This document shows positions 10,206-19,642 of a DNA stretch of 64,000 nt, in pieces (the stretch's first letter is position 1; each line of letters opens with the position of its first letter). Made by a program: the position numbers and the translations under genes. The notes beneath the pieces are model-generated. The model was given only the letters and a program-made list of their open reading frames with translations, made no database searches and had not been told where the DNA came from. The stretch comes from Flavobacteriales bacterium UBA3364 (GTDB taxonomy: Bacteria > Bacteroidota > Bacteroidia > Flavobacteriales_F > PHOS-HE28). The stretch covers positions 25,645 to 89,644 of the forward strand of contig DEQO01000055.1 in the NCBI GenBank assembly GCA_002360495.1. Reading direction: 5' to 3'.

Positions 10206-10850
10206 ATGGAGGTACGGCCGGTCCGCGTTGCGTTGGTGGAGGATGACAAGGAGATCCGCGAACTGCTGCAGAGCGGTTTGGAACGGGCGGAAGGCATCCA
10301 GGTGGTGCGCTCCTTCCCGAACGCCGAGGATTTCCTGGACGTTTTCGAAGCATTGGCGGTGGATGTGGTGCTTATGGACATCAACCTGCCCGGAAAAAGC
10401 GGGATCGATTGTATCCGTGAGGCCAAACCGACCAAACCTTCCGTGCAGTTCCTGGTGTTGACGGTGTTCGAGAACCCCGCCTACATCTTCCAAGCCCTGT
10501 GTGCTGGAGCCACGGGATATCTGGTCAAGAACGAGGAACCCGAACAGTTGCACGCCGCGATCCACGATATCCATGCCGGTGGCTCGCCCATGGCCCCGGC
10601 CATTGCACGTTTGGTCGTGGCCAGTTTCCAGCGCGAGGTGCAGGTCCGCATCCAGGACCACGCGCTCACCGAACGGGAAAAGAACGTGCTGGACCAGTTG
10701 GCCAATGGACTTATGTACAAGGAGATCGCCGCCAAGGCCGAGATCAGTACCGAGACCGTACGCAAGCACGTACGCAACATCTATGACAAGTTGCAGGTCT
10801 CCTCGCGCATGGAGGCCATCAGAAAGGTGTATCCAGGGGCGTCCCTTTGA
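10206..10850 (+). CDS. NarL/FixJ-family response regulator (REC + LuxR-type HTH)
   Basis: 214 aa. REC domain with VALVEDD, phospho-acceptor D in VLMDINLPG, and conserved K. C-terminal LuxR HTH: REKNVLDQLANGLMYKEIAAKAEISTETVRKHVRNIYDKL. Confidence 0.9.
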   Translation: MEVRPVRVALVEDDKEIRELLQSGLERAEGIQVVRSFPNAEDFLDVFEALAVDVVLMDINLPGKSGIDCIREAKPTKPSVQFLVLTVFENPAYIFQALCAGATGYLVKNEEPEQLHAAIHDIHAGGSPMAPAIARLVVASFQREVQVRIQDHALTEREKNVLDQLANGLMYKEIAAKAEISTETVRKHVRNIYDKLQVSSRMEAIRKVYPGASL

Positions 10851-10891
10851 TACGGATCCCGTCGCTCGGAGGTAACACTAAGTGGGTATTG

Positions 10892-10923
10892 CCGGTCTCC
10901 TTAGGGACCGGTTGCTTTGGTTC
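10892..10923 (+). terminator. Putative intrinsic terminator after the response regulator gene
   Basis: Hairpin CCGGTCTC-CTTA-GGGACCGG (8-bp stem with one G.U pair, 4-nt loop) followed by the U-rich tract GUUGCUUUGGUU. A second overlapping IR GGGACC..GGTCCC extends to 10932. Confidence 0.35.
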
Positions 10924-10937
10924 AGTGGTCCCAAGCC

Positions 10938-12680
10938 ATGCTGCGAACCGTGCACACAGTACCGCGTCGTGTTCCTTCGCCCAGGTGTTGCCGGCCTTCG
11001 GCCGCAGTGCTACTGGTGCTCTTTTCGGTCGGATCGATCCCGGCACAGGACCTTGCGCAGATCGGCAAGACGGAGCCCGTTCGCGTGAACGGCAGTTTAT
11101 CGTTGTTGGGTGGTCCCTACTTCTTCAGTGGTGACGGATCGCCGCGCAACCAACCCTTCTGGTGGAGCGCCAATGGGGCTTTGAACCTGAGCATCTACGG
11201 TATTCAAGCCCCTTTCAGTTTCACGCTCAGTTCACAGCAACGTTCCTATACCCAACCCTTCAACCGCTACGGATTGAGCCCCTACTACAAGTGGGTGCGG
11301 CTCCATGTGGGGTACCGGAGCATGCGGTTCAACCCATACACACTTTCCGGCCTGCAATTCTTCGGCGCTGGTGTGGAACTGGAGCCGAAGGGCTTCCGGT
11401 TCGCCGCATTCTACGGACGCTTCAAGAAGCCGGTGGCACAGGATACGTTGGCTTCCATCACTCCGGCCACCGCCTATCGCCGAACAGGCTTCGGGGTGAA
11501 GGTCGGAGTCGGCAACCCACGCAATTACGTGGACCTCATGTTCTTCCGCGCAGCGGATGATACGACCTCGATACCGGATATCGGGACCACTTCCAATGTC
11601 GCGCCGAAGGAGAATGTGGCACTGGGGATCAGTTCCCGGATCACTGTGACGAAACAGATCACCTGGACGCTCGACCTGGGCACCACGGTATTGAACGAGG
11701 ATATCCGATACCCGGCACGGACGGACGTGGAACTCCCGGATTTCGTCACCGGGATCTTCAACCCGCGCGCTGGCGCCAAGGCACTTTTCGCCGGCAACAC
11801 GGCTATTGGTTACAACGGTCGCACCTTCGGTATCCGCGGACAATACAAGCAGGTGGACCCGGACTATCGCTCGCTCGGGGCCTTCTACCAGCAAAGCGAC
11901 CTACGCGCCATCACACTGGACCCCAGCTTCCGCCTCCTGAAGAACAAGCTGCGTATCGGAGGAAGCATCGGTCGGCAGCAGGACAATCTCTACAAGCGAA
12001 AAAGCTATACCTCCATTCGCAGCATTGGATCGGCGAACATCTCCTACAATCCATCGGCGACCTACGGGATCGACCTGAACTTCTCCAACTACGGTATCGC
12101 ACAAGAAGCCGGCTTGCGCGCTGTGGTCGATACGTTCCGCGTGGCGCAGGTCAACAGAGCCTATTCAGTAAGCCAGCATTTCTCGCGCACGAACAAGATC
12201 CGGACCCTCGCGGTATCATTGGCAGTGGGTCTACAGCAACTGCAAGACCTCAACCCCTACGGCACCTTCGATGCGTCGGAGAACGACGTGCTCTATGGCA
12301 ACCTCTTCGTCAGCCACACACGCCTGAGGGGGAACCTGTCCGTAAGCGGTGGCCTCAACTTCAGTCGCAATACCACCAGCTTCGGGGAGAACATCCTGAT
12401 CGGTCCCACCGCAGGGGTCTCGCAGCAGTTCGCCGGTGACAAGATGATCGCCTCGCTTTCCGCCACCTGGAACAAGGCACTGCAGAACCGCGAGCCGTCG
12501 GGTACCACCATCAACGGTACAGGGACCATCCAGTACCGGTATTCCGCCATGCACCGGTTCCAGATCAGTGTGAACGTATTGCAGAACAGTACTTCGTTCG
12601 TGGCCAACACGCAATTCACCGAGGTGCGGCTCCTAGGGGGCTATGTGTTCGTATTCCAACCGAAAGCCGAGAAAACATGA
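10938..12680 (+). CDS. Predicted outer-membrane beta-barrel-like protein (putative porin-like), function unknown
   Basis: ORF 10917..12680 begins with TTG. ATG at 10938 gives MLRTVHTVPRRVPSPRCCRPSAAVLLVLFSVGSIPAQ, a signal peptide. Remainder is rich in alternating aromatic/polar beta-strand-like segments (GYRSMRFNPYTLSGLQFFGAGVEL, FRFAAFYGRF, RTFGIRGQYKQ) and ends GGYVFVF. Stop overlaps the next start (ATGA). Confidence 0.6.
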   Translation: MLRTVHTVPRRVPSPRCCRPSAAVLLVLFSVGSIPAQDLAQIGKTEPVRVNGSLSLLGGPYFFSGDGSPRNQPFWWSANGALNLSIYGIQAPFSFTLSSQQRSYTQPFNRYGLSPYYKWVRLHVGYRSMRFNPYTLSGLQFFGAGVELEPKGFRFAAFYGRFKKPVAQDTLASITPATAYRRTGFGVKVGVGNPRNYVDLMFFRAADDTTSIPDIGTTSNVAPKENVALGISSRITVTKQITWTLDLGTTVLNEDIRYPARTDVELPDFVTGIFNPRAGAKALFAGNTAIGYNGRTFGIRGQYKQVDPDYRSLGAFYQQSDLRAITLDPSFRLLKNKLRIGGSIGRQQDNLYKRKSYTSIRSIGSANISYNPSATYGIDLNFSNYGIAQEAGLRAVVDTFRVAQVNRAYSVSQHFSRTNKIRTLAVSLAVGLQQLQDLNPYGTFDASENDVLYGNLFVSHTRLRGNLSVSGGLNFSRNTTSFGENILIGPTAGVSQQFAGDKMIASLSATWNKALQNREPSGTTINGTGTIQYRYSAMHRFQISVNVLQNSTSFVANTQFTEVRLLGGYVFVFQPKAEKT

Positions 12681-15600
12681 GCGACCGGCCGATCACCTGT
12701 TTCACGTATGCGCTTGCTCTCCTGCTTGCCCCCCTCGTGACGTTGGGGCAGAACCAACTCACGATCGATGTGCAGGTGACCCCACCGTACAGCGCGAACT
12801 ATGCCGACTACTTCCAAAGCGGGAACCAGGTCTTCATCCGGATCAACAACCTGGCACCCGGAGCCCCAACGTACCAGGTCTATCTCACGGGTTACATCCG
12901 TACGGTCGATGGGTCCGTCTCGGTCGGCATTCCACCGCAGACCCGATGGAACGCGCCACCGCTGACGGTCGTTCCCGGCGTGAACCAACTAACCGGCTCC
13001 GATCTGCAGCCCTTTCTCGCCAGCGGGGGTTCGGAGATCGAATTCATCGGAACGAATGAAACGGACATCCGGACAGGTCTTTTGCCGGAGGGTGAATACC
13101 AGATCTGCCTGCAGGCCTTCGACTACAACACGGACCAACCGCTGTCCATGGAGAACCCATCGGCAGGGTGTTCCAACATATTCAACGTCACGTTCCCACC
13201 ACCGCCGATCCCCACTTCCCCTCTTTGTGATTCGGATGTGCCGGCCATGACCCCACAGACGGTGGTCTTCATGTGGAACCTGCCTCTCGGTCCACCACCC
13301 GGCGCATCACTGGTCTACCATTTCAAACTGGTGCATCTGGGCGACGACGACCTGGGGGCGATCGACGTGGTCTCCGCACTGGAAGCCTCGACCTTCCCCT
13401 GGCACGAAGCGGAACTGACCACGCCGATGCTGCTGTACGACCAGACCAAACCTCCGCTTGAACAGGGACAGCGGTACGGCTGGCGCGTTCAGGTGGAGGA
13501 TGTGGTCGGTGGGACGGTATACCAGAACGACGGCTTTTCCGAACCCTGCATCTTCACCTACTCTGCAAACGTACCCCTGATCGCGGAGAGTCCCTCGCTC
13601 TTCAAGATCGCTTACCCGGCGAACGGTGACACGTTGCCTTGGGACTTCATGCCGATCATACAGCGTTTCGATCCCTATCAGGAGATCCAACACTTCAATA
13701 GTGCCCTGACCATTACCGAGGATGGCGCAACATTCGATGATCAAGCGCGGGACCTGCACTGGAACAGCGGTCCACAACGCTCCCAGCAATTTCTGGTGCG
13801 CGATGGCCTTAACAACGATAACATCAATATCACGCTGGAAGAATCGCAGCATGTGAACATCTACAAGAGTCCGGCCGAACCGCCTGGAAAGCGTTTCATG
13901 CACGGACACACATACAGTTCGGTCGCGACGTTGCGGACAGCGCTCACCTATGACGGGCCATATACCAACTCCGAGCAGGTCTTCAACGCGTTCCGTAGCG
14001 GCATGGCCACCCCCCGACCCCGTGCTCCGGGATACAACGAACGGTTACCAAAGAACGGTGGCGATGCTTCCTTAAGCGGGTTCGCGGGCGTAGCGATCAG
14101 GTTCAAGACCTCCGAGCCCCCTTCGCGCCTCACCCCTCCATTCCCGATCTGGTACATACCGAACGGTGGTACCCCCACACAGATCAGTGGGGCTGTGAAC
14201 GAACGCTGGCGACTGGAGATCTCCAAGGACGAGACCTTCACCACCACCGTTGAAGTGAAGACCGGCCGCATCGGCGTGGGCGTGGAAATGCCCGGCCTCA
14301 ACGCAACATGTACCGAGCAATGCCTGATCGATTCGCTCTACAAGGAAGTCGCCTACACGTTCACACCCACCTCGGAAGGAACCTACTTCTGGCGCGTAAG
14401 CTGGCTCTCCGATGCTGAGGATCCATTGAGCAAACCGTATCTCACCGGCCCCGTATGGAAATTCACCATCGGTGAAGGTGCTGCCGAAGTGGAGCAAGAG
14501 GAAGAGATCGTGCGAGAGACCGACCTCAACTGCCTGGCGGGATGCGCCATGTCACCGATCCCTGCAGCCGAACGCATGCCTGTGAAAACGGCCCAGATAG
14601 GCGATACCATCGACGTAGGGCTCTTCGAGATGCGCCTGACGCAGATCGCGTGGACCGGCGTGGAGGCCACAGGCCAAGGCACGATCGAGGTCCCCTTCAT
14701 GCACGCACCCTTGCGCGTGCGCTTCGAGCGGATCAAGATCAACCAGCGCAAACGACTGTTCGAAGGCGAAGTGAAGGGGGTCCACGACAACGCGGACGTG
14801 ATCCCACCGGCTTGGATACAGGGTGGTGCCATGGCCGCAGGTTTCAATGCGCAGGATGCCGAAGCGATCGAGAACTATGTGAACGCACAAGGGCGGCTGG
14901 TGAGCCAGATGACCATGAGCAACCCCATGGGACTGCCCATCGCCATCGATTCGCCAAACCCGGAGATACCGATGTCCGTGTCGGTGCTGGCCATGCGCTT
15001 TGTGGACACGCTGGCCACGATGAACGCGGTAATGAACTACCGCATCCCTGAAGAAGGCCTCAACCTCGGCCTGGGTAATATGGATATGCCCTTCACCCCG
15101 AGCGGCCCGGGTTGTGTCACGGCGCAGGCCACACTATACCTCGTGAACGATGTGAAAGTGAAGATCACCGAAGACCAGGACAGCCTGCTCTTCAAAGGAA
15201 CCAAGTTCGAGACACACGACTTCCAAGCCGTACGCGACTCGGGCACCTTCGTGGCGTGGGATTGTCACGGCTTCAGGGCGATCACCATCGATGGCGAATA
15301 CCGTTTCAGCCGTGAGACGTTGGTCGAGGACCTGCCCGACGGAACCGATGGTCCCACGAAGATCGCAGCGGCATTCAAGGGAAGAGCCGGACGCCAGGGC
15401 TACCTCCTACGTGCCGACTTCAACAAGCCGTTCCATGTGAAGGGTGGTTCCGGTTGGGGCTTCGATGTGCAGGAGGCGTGGGTCGATCACGCGAGCTACA
15501 CCAACCCGAGCCAGATCAGGTTCCCCAAGGACTACGGCCAGATCACGGGACTTGCACAAGCGGGACAACCGATCCCCACAAGCTGGCATGGATTGTACAT

Positions 15601-18600
15601 CGAACGCGCCATGATGCGGTTGCCGGAAGAGATCGAGGCGTTCGACCAACCCGGTCGTGTCACGGCCGTTGTGGACCACCTGATCGTGGATGGCAATGGC
15701 CTTTCCAGTGAATTGAAAGTGGCCAACCTGCTTGGGCCGGATGAAGGGAACCTCGATGGCTGGGGTTTCTCCATGGACACATTGCAGTTGGATATCATCG
15801 CCAACTCCTTCAGCCAAGCCGGGTTCAAGGGCCGCATCCACCTGCCCATTTCGGACACCTTGCTGACGTACTCCGCGATGCTTCAGCAGAACATCGTCGA
15901 TAACGACTGGCGTGCAGAGTTCCTTGTCCGGCCGGAGAACGACCTGAACGTTCCCATGTTCTTCGCCGAGATGAAGTTGGAGGAAACCAGCTACATCCAG
16001 GCCGTCGTGGGGGACGAACAGGAAGGCACCTATGCGAAAGCCGAGCTCAATGGCCTGATCACGATCAACAAGGACAACATCCCCAAGATCGGCCGGATGA
16101 GTTTCCGTGACATCCGTTTCAACCACCTCACGTTCGAGACGCGTGATCCCTACACCAATGCTGGCCAGTCGGGCGTGTTCTCGCTCGCCAGCCCGCAGAA
16201 GTGGATCGGCGGCACTTCCGCACCGACCGATCCCGCGAACGGCGAAGAAGGGGAACACAAGGCCGGCGGCTTCCCGATCACCATTACCAAGGTGGATATG
16301 GAACGGCGCAACCTCGATGGGAAAAAGATGGTGGGCCTTTGTTTCGATATCAGCTTGAACCTGACCGGAGATGAGAACGTGTTCACCGCCACCACGCGCA
16401 TCGCCGTGCTCGGCGAACTGAACACCGAAGCCATGCACAAGTGGGGACACAACGAAGTGGAGCTCGACTCCATCGGGGTATACGGTGATGTGGGAGTGGT
16501 GAAGGTGAGCGGTGGGTTGCGCTTCTACTACGGCGACGACATCTATGGTGATGGCATAAAAGGTCTGTTACGCGCTGAATTCCTGAAAGGCAAACTGAAG
16601 GTGCAGGCAGCGATGCAATTCGGCAGCAAGGGCACCCTACGCTATTGGTACGCCGATGCCATGGCCGCCATGGAGAATGGCATCGACGTGGCGCCCGGTT
16701 TCACCGTGTATGGTTTTGGCGGCGGCGCCTGGAGGCACATGAGGCGAACATCCGATCCACCCAGTGCCAAGGACATCACCAACCAGATCATCAGCGAGCA
16801 GGATGAGGAGAACCAACCCGTGGGGCTATCGCTTTCCGGGATCACGTTCGTGCCGGATGCAGCGATCAACTATGGATTCCAGGCCACCATGGTATTCGGC
16901 AATCCGGGTGGCGGAACAGCCTACAACGCCGATGTTACCATTGGCGCCGATATCGGGACCACCGGTGGGGTAAGCAGAATGTTCCTGAACGGACATGCGT
17001 ACTTCCTCGGCACCCGCAACGAACGCACCTACACCCCTGTCCACGGCGAGGCGGATATCTACTTCGACTTCCCCAATGATGTGTTCTCCGCGCAATTCGA
17101 TGTGTACGTATCCATTGGCAGCGGTATGGTGACCGGCCTGGGTGCCGGTGACCACGCCGGCCGTGTGGCGCTCTACATCAGCTCGGACACCTGGCACTTG
17201 CATGTTGGTACGCCGGACACCCCCATCGGCCTTGACTTCGTGGGGTTGTTCGATATGGAGTCCTACTTGATGATCGGTGAAGACCTTCCGGCAGCTATGC
17301 CTCCACCGTCCGAGGTAACGGCCAAGTATGGCATCACAGCACAGAACCTTACCTCACAACGGCAGGACTTCTCCAATGGCCTGAACGGGTTCGCCATGGG
17401 TGGCCGAATGTCGGCGGGCGACACCTTGAAATTCGGGTTGCTCCGCTTCCGTTTCGCGGCTGGTATGGGCTTCGACCTTTCTCTACTGGACTATGGGGAT
17501 ACCGAGTGTTCCGGCAGCGGCGAACAGATCGGCGTGAACGGATGGTATGCCGAGGGGCAGCTCTACGGCTACTTTACCGGAGCGGTGAGCTTATACGTGG
17601 ATCTATGGTTCACGGAAGGTGAATTCGAGATCTTCGAAGTTGGTGCTGCCCTGCTGGTCCAAGGAGGTTTGCCGGAGCCCTATTATGCAATGGGCAGTGT
17701 GAGCGGTCACTATAGCATTCTCGGTGGCGCGATCAGTGGGAACGCCAGCTTCCCGTTCGAGTTGGGAGAACAGTGCGACCCCAGCGAAGGCACGCTGGGC
17801 GGACTGGAACCGATCCGGGACCTCAAACCATCGCACGGGGCACTGGCGGTCAGTTGCGGTGTGAATCCCGAGGCCACCTTCGACGTGTCGATGAACGAGG
17901 TCTTCGAGATGTACGAGATCAAGGATGACGGCGGCCGGGTGCGTCACGTGTACCGATTGACGATCGAGAAGTTCGAGGTCAAACAAGGCAGCACCGCACT
18001 TACTGGTACCCAACATTTATCAACGAGCAAGGATCAGGTCACCTTGATCCCCAACGCGTTCCTGGAAGCGAACATGGCGCATACGGTCACCATCCGTGTG
18101 AAGGCGGAGGAAATGAACACCTCCACCATGGAATGGGCCCAGGCGCGCAAGGATGGTAGCCCCGTGTTCTGGGAAAAGACGCACTCCTTCACCACGGGCC
18201 CCGAACCAGATCGGATCGATCCATCGTGGGTGAACTACTCCTACCCCTTCCACGATCAGCGTCGCCTCCTGCAGGACGAGTGTCGCAATGGTTTCATTGA
18301 AGTGAAGTCGGACATGACACAAATGGACCTGTTCGATACCACACCGGCGGAGAACAAGGTGCGCACGTTCCGCGTGGTGTTCACCCCGGTTTCTGGGGGC
18401 GCAACCCTGGAAAGCCCCGTTCAACTTTCGGGCGGCGCACCCATGCACATCTTCTTCGAGATCCCTGTGCTGTCCAATAGCAAGGTGTACCGCGTGCAAT
18501 TGATCGCCAAGGACTCCACCGTAAACACACACACCGGGCCACAAGCCGTCCTTGCCGGGGTCGCTCTCGACCACTCCGCCATGATGTTCTCAACCGGCAG

Positions 18601-19642
18601 CTATACCAACCGGAGCCTCATGGACGGCAGGATCCAGCTACGGCAACGAACCTTGGCAGGGTACTCCTTGCGCTCCAACGAGAAGATGTTGTACAACTTC
18701 TATTTCGGTACCTCGCAACACAACACCCTGGCATCGAAGGTGGCCGCCATGCAACACGTGGTCACGGTGCGCGACCCGGTCACGCCGATCACGGCGGTGA
18801 ACGAGCACCTCTACTCCTACTATACGGGTGAGCGATTCGATCGCGTTGATGTGCGCGGTTTTGCATACGGTCCCGGCGCCGGCCTGAAGATCCCTCCGCT
18901 CGTCGATATCTCCGAGGCGCGAACCGATGCATGGACCACCTCCTGGGCACAACCCATTATCTACGACTTCTACTCGGCAGCAAGAAATCACCCGTACACA
19001 CCCACCTTGCTGAAACTCAACCGAGGACTCATCTACACGGAGGCCGGAGTAATGCAAGGACCCGATACCATCGGGATCCCGCCAACAAACACCATCTGGT
19101 TCGATGTGAACACCCCGACCGCAGCCCTGCTCACGGCTTCTGATAGACGATCGAACTCGCTGTACGGCAACAACGCGATCGTCGCAGATGGATTACCTCT
19201 TGCGGTGGCCGTTGGCGAATCAAGCGGTCCCGTATCGGATGTTCGCCTGAAAACGAGCACGGCGATCTACGTGCGACAGGACTATCTCCGGATGGCCACC
19301 ATTACCGGCGATATCTCTTCGCGGTATGGCTCACCCTATGGCCAGGAGCATTTCATCGGCGAACCGGTCGATGAGTATATGCGCGATTACCTGGAGTCGA
19401 CCTATAAGGTGATGTACAAAGGCACGTATGCAGCCGATCTCGAGTTCCGTCCGCCGTTCACCTGTGTGGAGAACATCATTCTCCGAACCACAGGCGAAGG
19501 AGAGGGACCTGCGCCCAACCCAGTGGGCTCACGTGTGCAGTATGTTCATACCACAGGTCCAAGCGCCCCACGCCGCATCACATTCGGAACTGAGGCGACA
19601 CCACCCACCAAGAGTACCAGTACCACAAGCCCAACCCGATGA
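12677..19642 (+). CDS. Giant secreted/cell-surface protein (2321 aa), uncharacterised
   Basis: Signal peptide MSDRPITCFTYALALLLAPLVTLGQ. N-terminal FN3/Ig-like modules with paired Cys and Y-x-WRV motifs (QRYGWRVQV, GTYFWRVSW), then ~1800 aa of beta-rich Gly/Asp/aromatic sequence with no obvious internal repeats and no T9SS CTD. ATGA overlaps at both ends indicate translational coupling with the flanking genes. Confidence 0.85.
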   Translation: MSDRPITCFTYALALLLAPLVTLGQNQLTIDVQVTPPYSANYADYFQSGNQVFIRINNLAPGAPTYQVYLTGYIRTVDGSVSVGIPPQTRWNAPPLTVVPGVNQLTGSDLQPFLASGGSEIEFIGTNETDIRTGLLPEGEYQICLQAFDYNTDQPLSMENPSAGCSNIFNVTFPPPPIPTSPLCDSDVPAMTPQTVVFMWNLPLGPPPGASLVYHFKLVHLGDDDLGAIDVVSALEASTFPWHEAELTTPMLLYDQTKPPLEQGQRYGWRVQVEDVVGGTVYQNDGFSEPCIFTYSANVPLIAESPSLFKIAYPANGDTLPWDFMPIIQRFDPYQEIQHFNSALTITEDGATFDDQARDLHWNSGPQRSQQFLVRDGLNNDNINITLEESQHVNIYKSPAEPPGKRFMHGHTYSSVATLRTALTYDGPYTNSEQVFNAFRSGMATPRPRAPGYNERLPKNGGDASLSGFAGVAIRFKTSEPPSRLTPPFPIWYIPNGGTPTQISGAVNERWRLEISKDETFTTTVEVKTGRIGVGVEMPGLNATCTEQCLIDSLYKEVAYTFTPTSEGTYFWRVSWLSDAEDPLSKPYLTGPVWKFTIGEGAAEVEQEEEIVRETDLNCLAGCAMSPIPAAERMPVKTAQIGDTIDVGLFEMRLTQIAWTGVEATGQGTIEVPFMHAPLRVRFERIKINQRKRLFEGEVKGVHDNADVIPPAWIQGGAMAAGFNAQDAEAIENYVNAQGRLVSQMTMSNPMGLPIAIDSPNPEIPMSVSVLAMRFVDTLATMNAVMNYRIPEEGLNLGLGNMDMPFTPSGPGCVTAQATLYLVNDVKVKITEDQDSLLFKGTKFETHDFQAVRDSGTFVAWDCHGFRAITIDGEYRFSRETLVEDLPDGTDGPTKIAAAFKGRAGRQGYLLRADFNKPFHVKGGSGWGFDVQEAWVDHASYTNPSQIRFPKDYGQITGLAQAGQPIPTSWHGLYIERAMMRLPEEIEAFDQPGRVTAVVDHLIVDGNGLSSELKVANLLGPDEGNLDGWGFSMDTLQLDIIANSFSQAGFKGRIHLPISDTLLTYSAMLQQNIVDNDWRAEFLVRPENDLNVPMFFAEMKLEETSYIQAVVGDEQEGTYAKAELNGLITINKDNIPKIGRMSFRDIRFNHLTFETRDPYTNAGQSGVFSLASPQKWIGGTSAPTDPANGEEGEHKAGGFPITITKVDMERRNLDGKKMVGLCFDISLNLTGDENVFTATTRIAVLGELNTEAMHKWGHNEVELDSIGVYGDVGVVKVSGGLRFYYGDDIYGDGIKGLLRAEFLKGKLKVQAAMQFGSKGTLRYWYADAMAAMENGIDVAPGFTVYGFGGGAWRHMRRTSDPPSAKDITNQIISEQDEENQPVGLSLSGITFVPDAAINYGFQATMVFGNPGGGTAYNADVTIGADIGTTGGVSRMFLNGHAYFLGTRNERTYTPVHGEADIYFDFPNDVFSAQFDVYVSIGSGMVTGLGAGDHAGRVALYISSDTWHLHVGTPDTPIGLDFVGLFDMESYLMIGEDLPAAMPPPSEVTAKYGITAQNLTSQRQDFSNGLNGFAMGGRMSAGDTLKFGLLRFRFAAGMGFDLSLLDYGDTECSGSGEQIGVNGWYAEGQLYGYFTGAVSLYVDLWFTEGEFEIFEVGAALLVQGGLPEPYYAMGSVSGHYSILGGAISGNASFPFELGEQCDPSEGTLGGLEPIRDLKPSHGALAVSCGVNPEATFDVSMNEVFEMYEIKDDGGRVRHVYRLTIEKFEVKQGSTALTGTQHLSTSKDQVTLIPNAFLEANMAHTVTIRVKAEEMNTSTMEWAQARKDGSPVFWEKTHSFTTGPEPDRIDPSWVNYSYPFHDQRRLLQDECRNGFIEVKSDMTQMDLFDTTPAENKVRTFRVVFTPVSGGATLESPVQLSGGAPMHIFFEIPVLSNSKVYRVQLIAKDSTVNTHTGPQAVLAGVALDHSAMMFSTGSYTNRSLMDGRIQLRQRTLAGYSLRSNEKMLYNFYFGTSQHNTLASKVAAMQHVVTVRDPVTPITAVNEHLYSYYTGERFDRVDVRGFAYGPGAGLKIPPLVDISEARTDAWTTSWAQPIIYDFYSAARNHPYTPTLLKLNRGLIYTEAGVMQGPDTIGIPPTNTIWFDVNTPTAALLTASDRRSNSLYGNNAIVADGLPLAVAVGESSGPVSDVRLKTSTAIYVRQDYLRMATITGDISSRYGSPYGQEHFIGEPVDEYMRDYLESTYKVMYKGTYAADLEFRPPFTCVENIILRTTGEGEGPAPNPVGSRVQYVHTTGPSAPRRITFGTEATPPTKSTSTTSPTR

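Noticed and set aside
10917-10937. TTG start at 10917 for the OM protein gene
   Set aside because: The ATG at 10938 gives a canonical positively charged n-region plus hydrophobic core signal peptide, whereas the 7 extra residues add nothing.
15407-16450. 347-aa minus-strand ORF inside the giant gene
   Set aside because: Antisense artefact within a 7-kb coding region of ~65% GC. No start context or signal, and Gly/Arg/His-rich. The same judgement applies to 13307..13909, 18020..18574 and 20722..21234.
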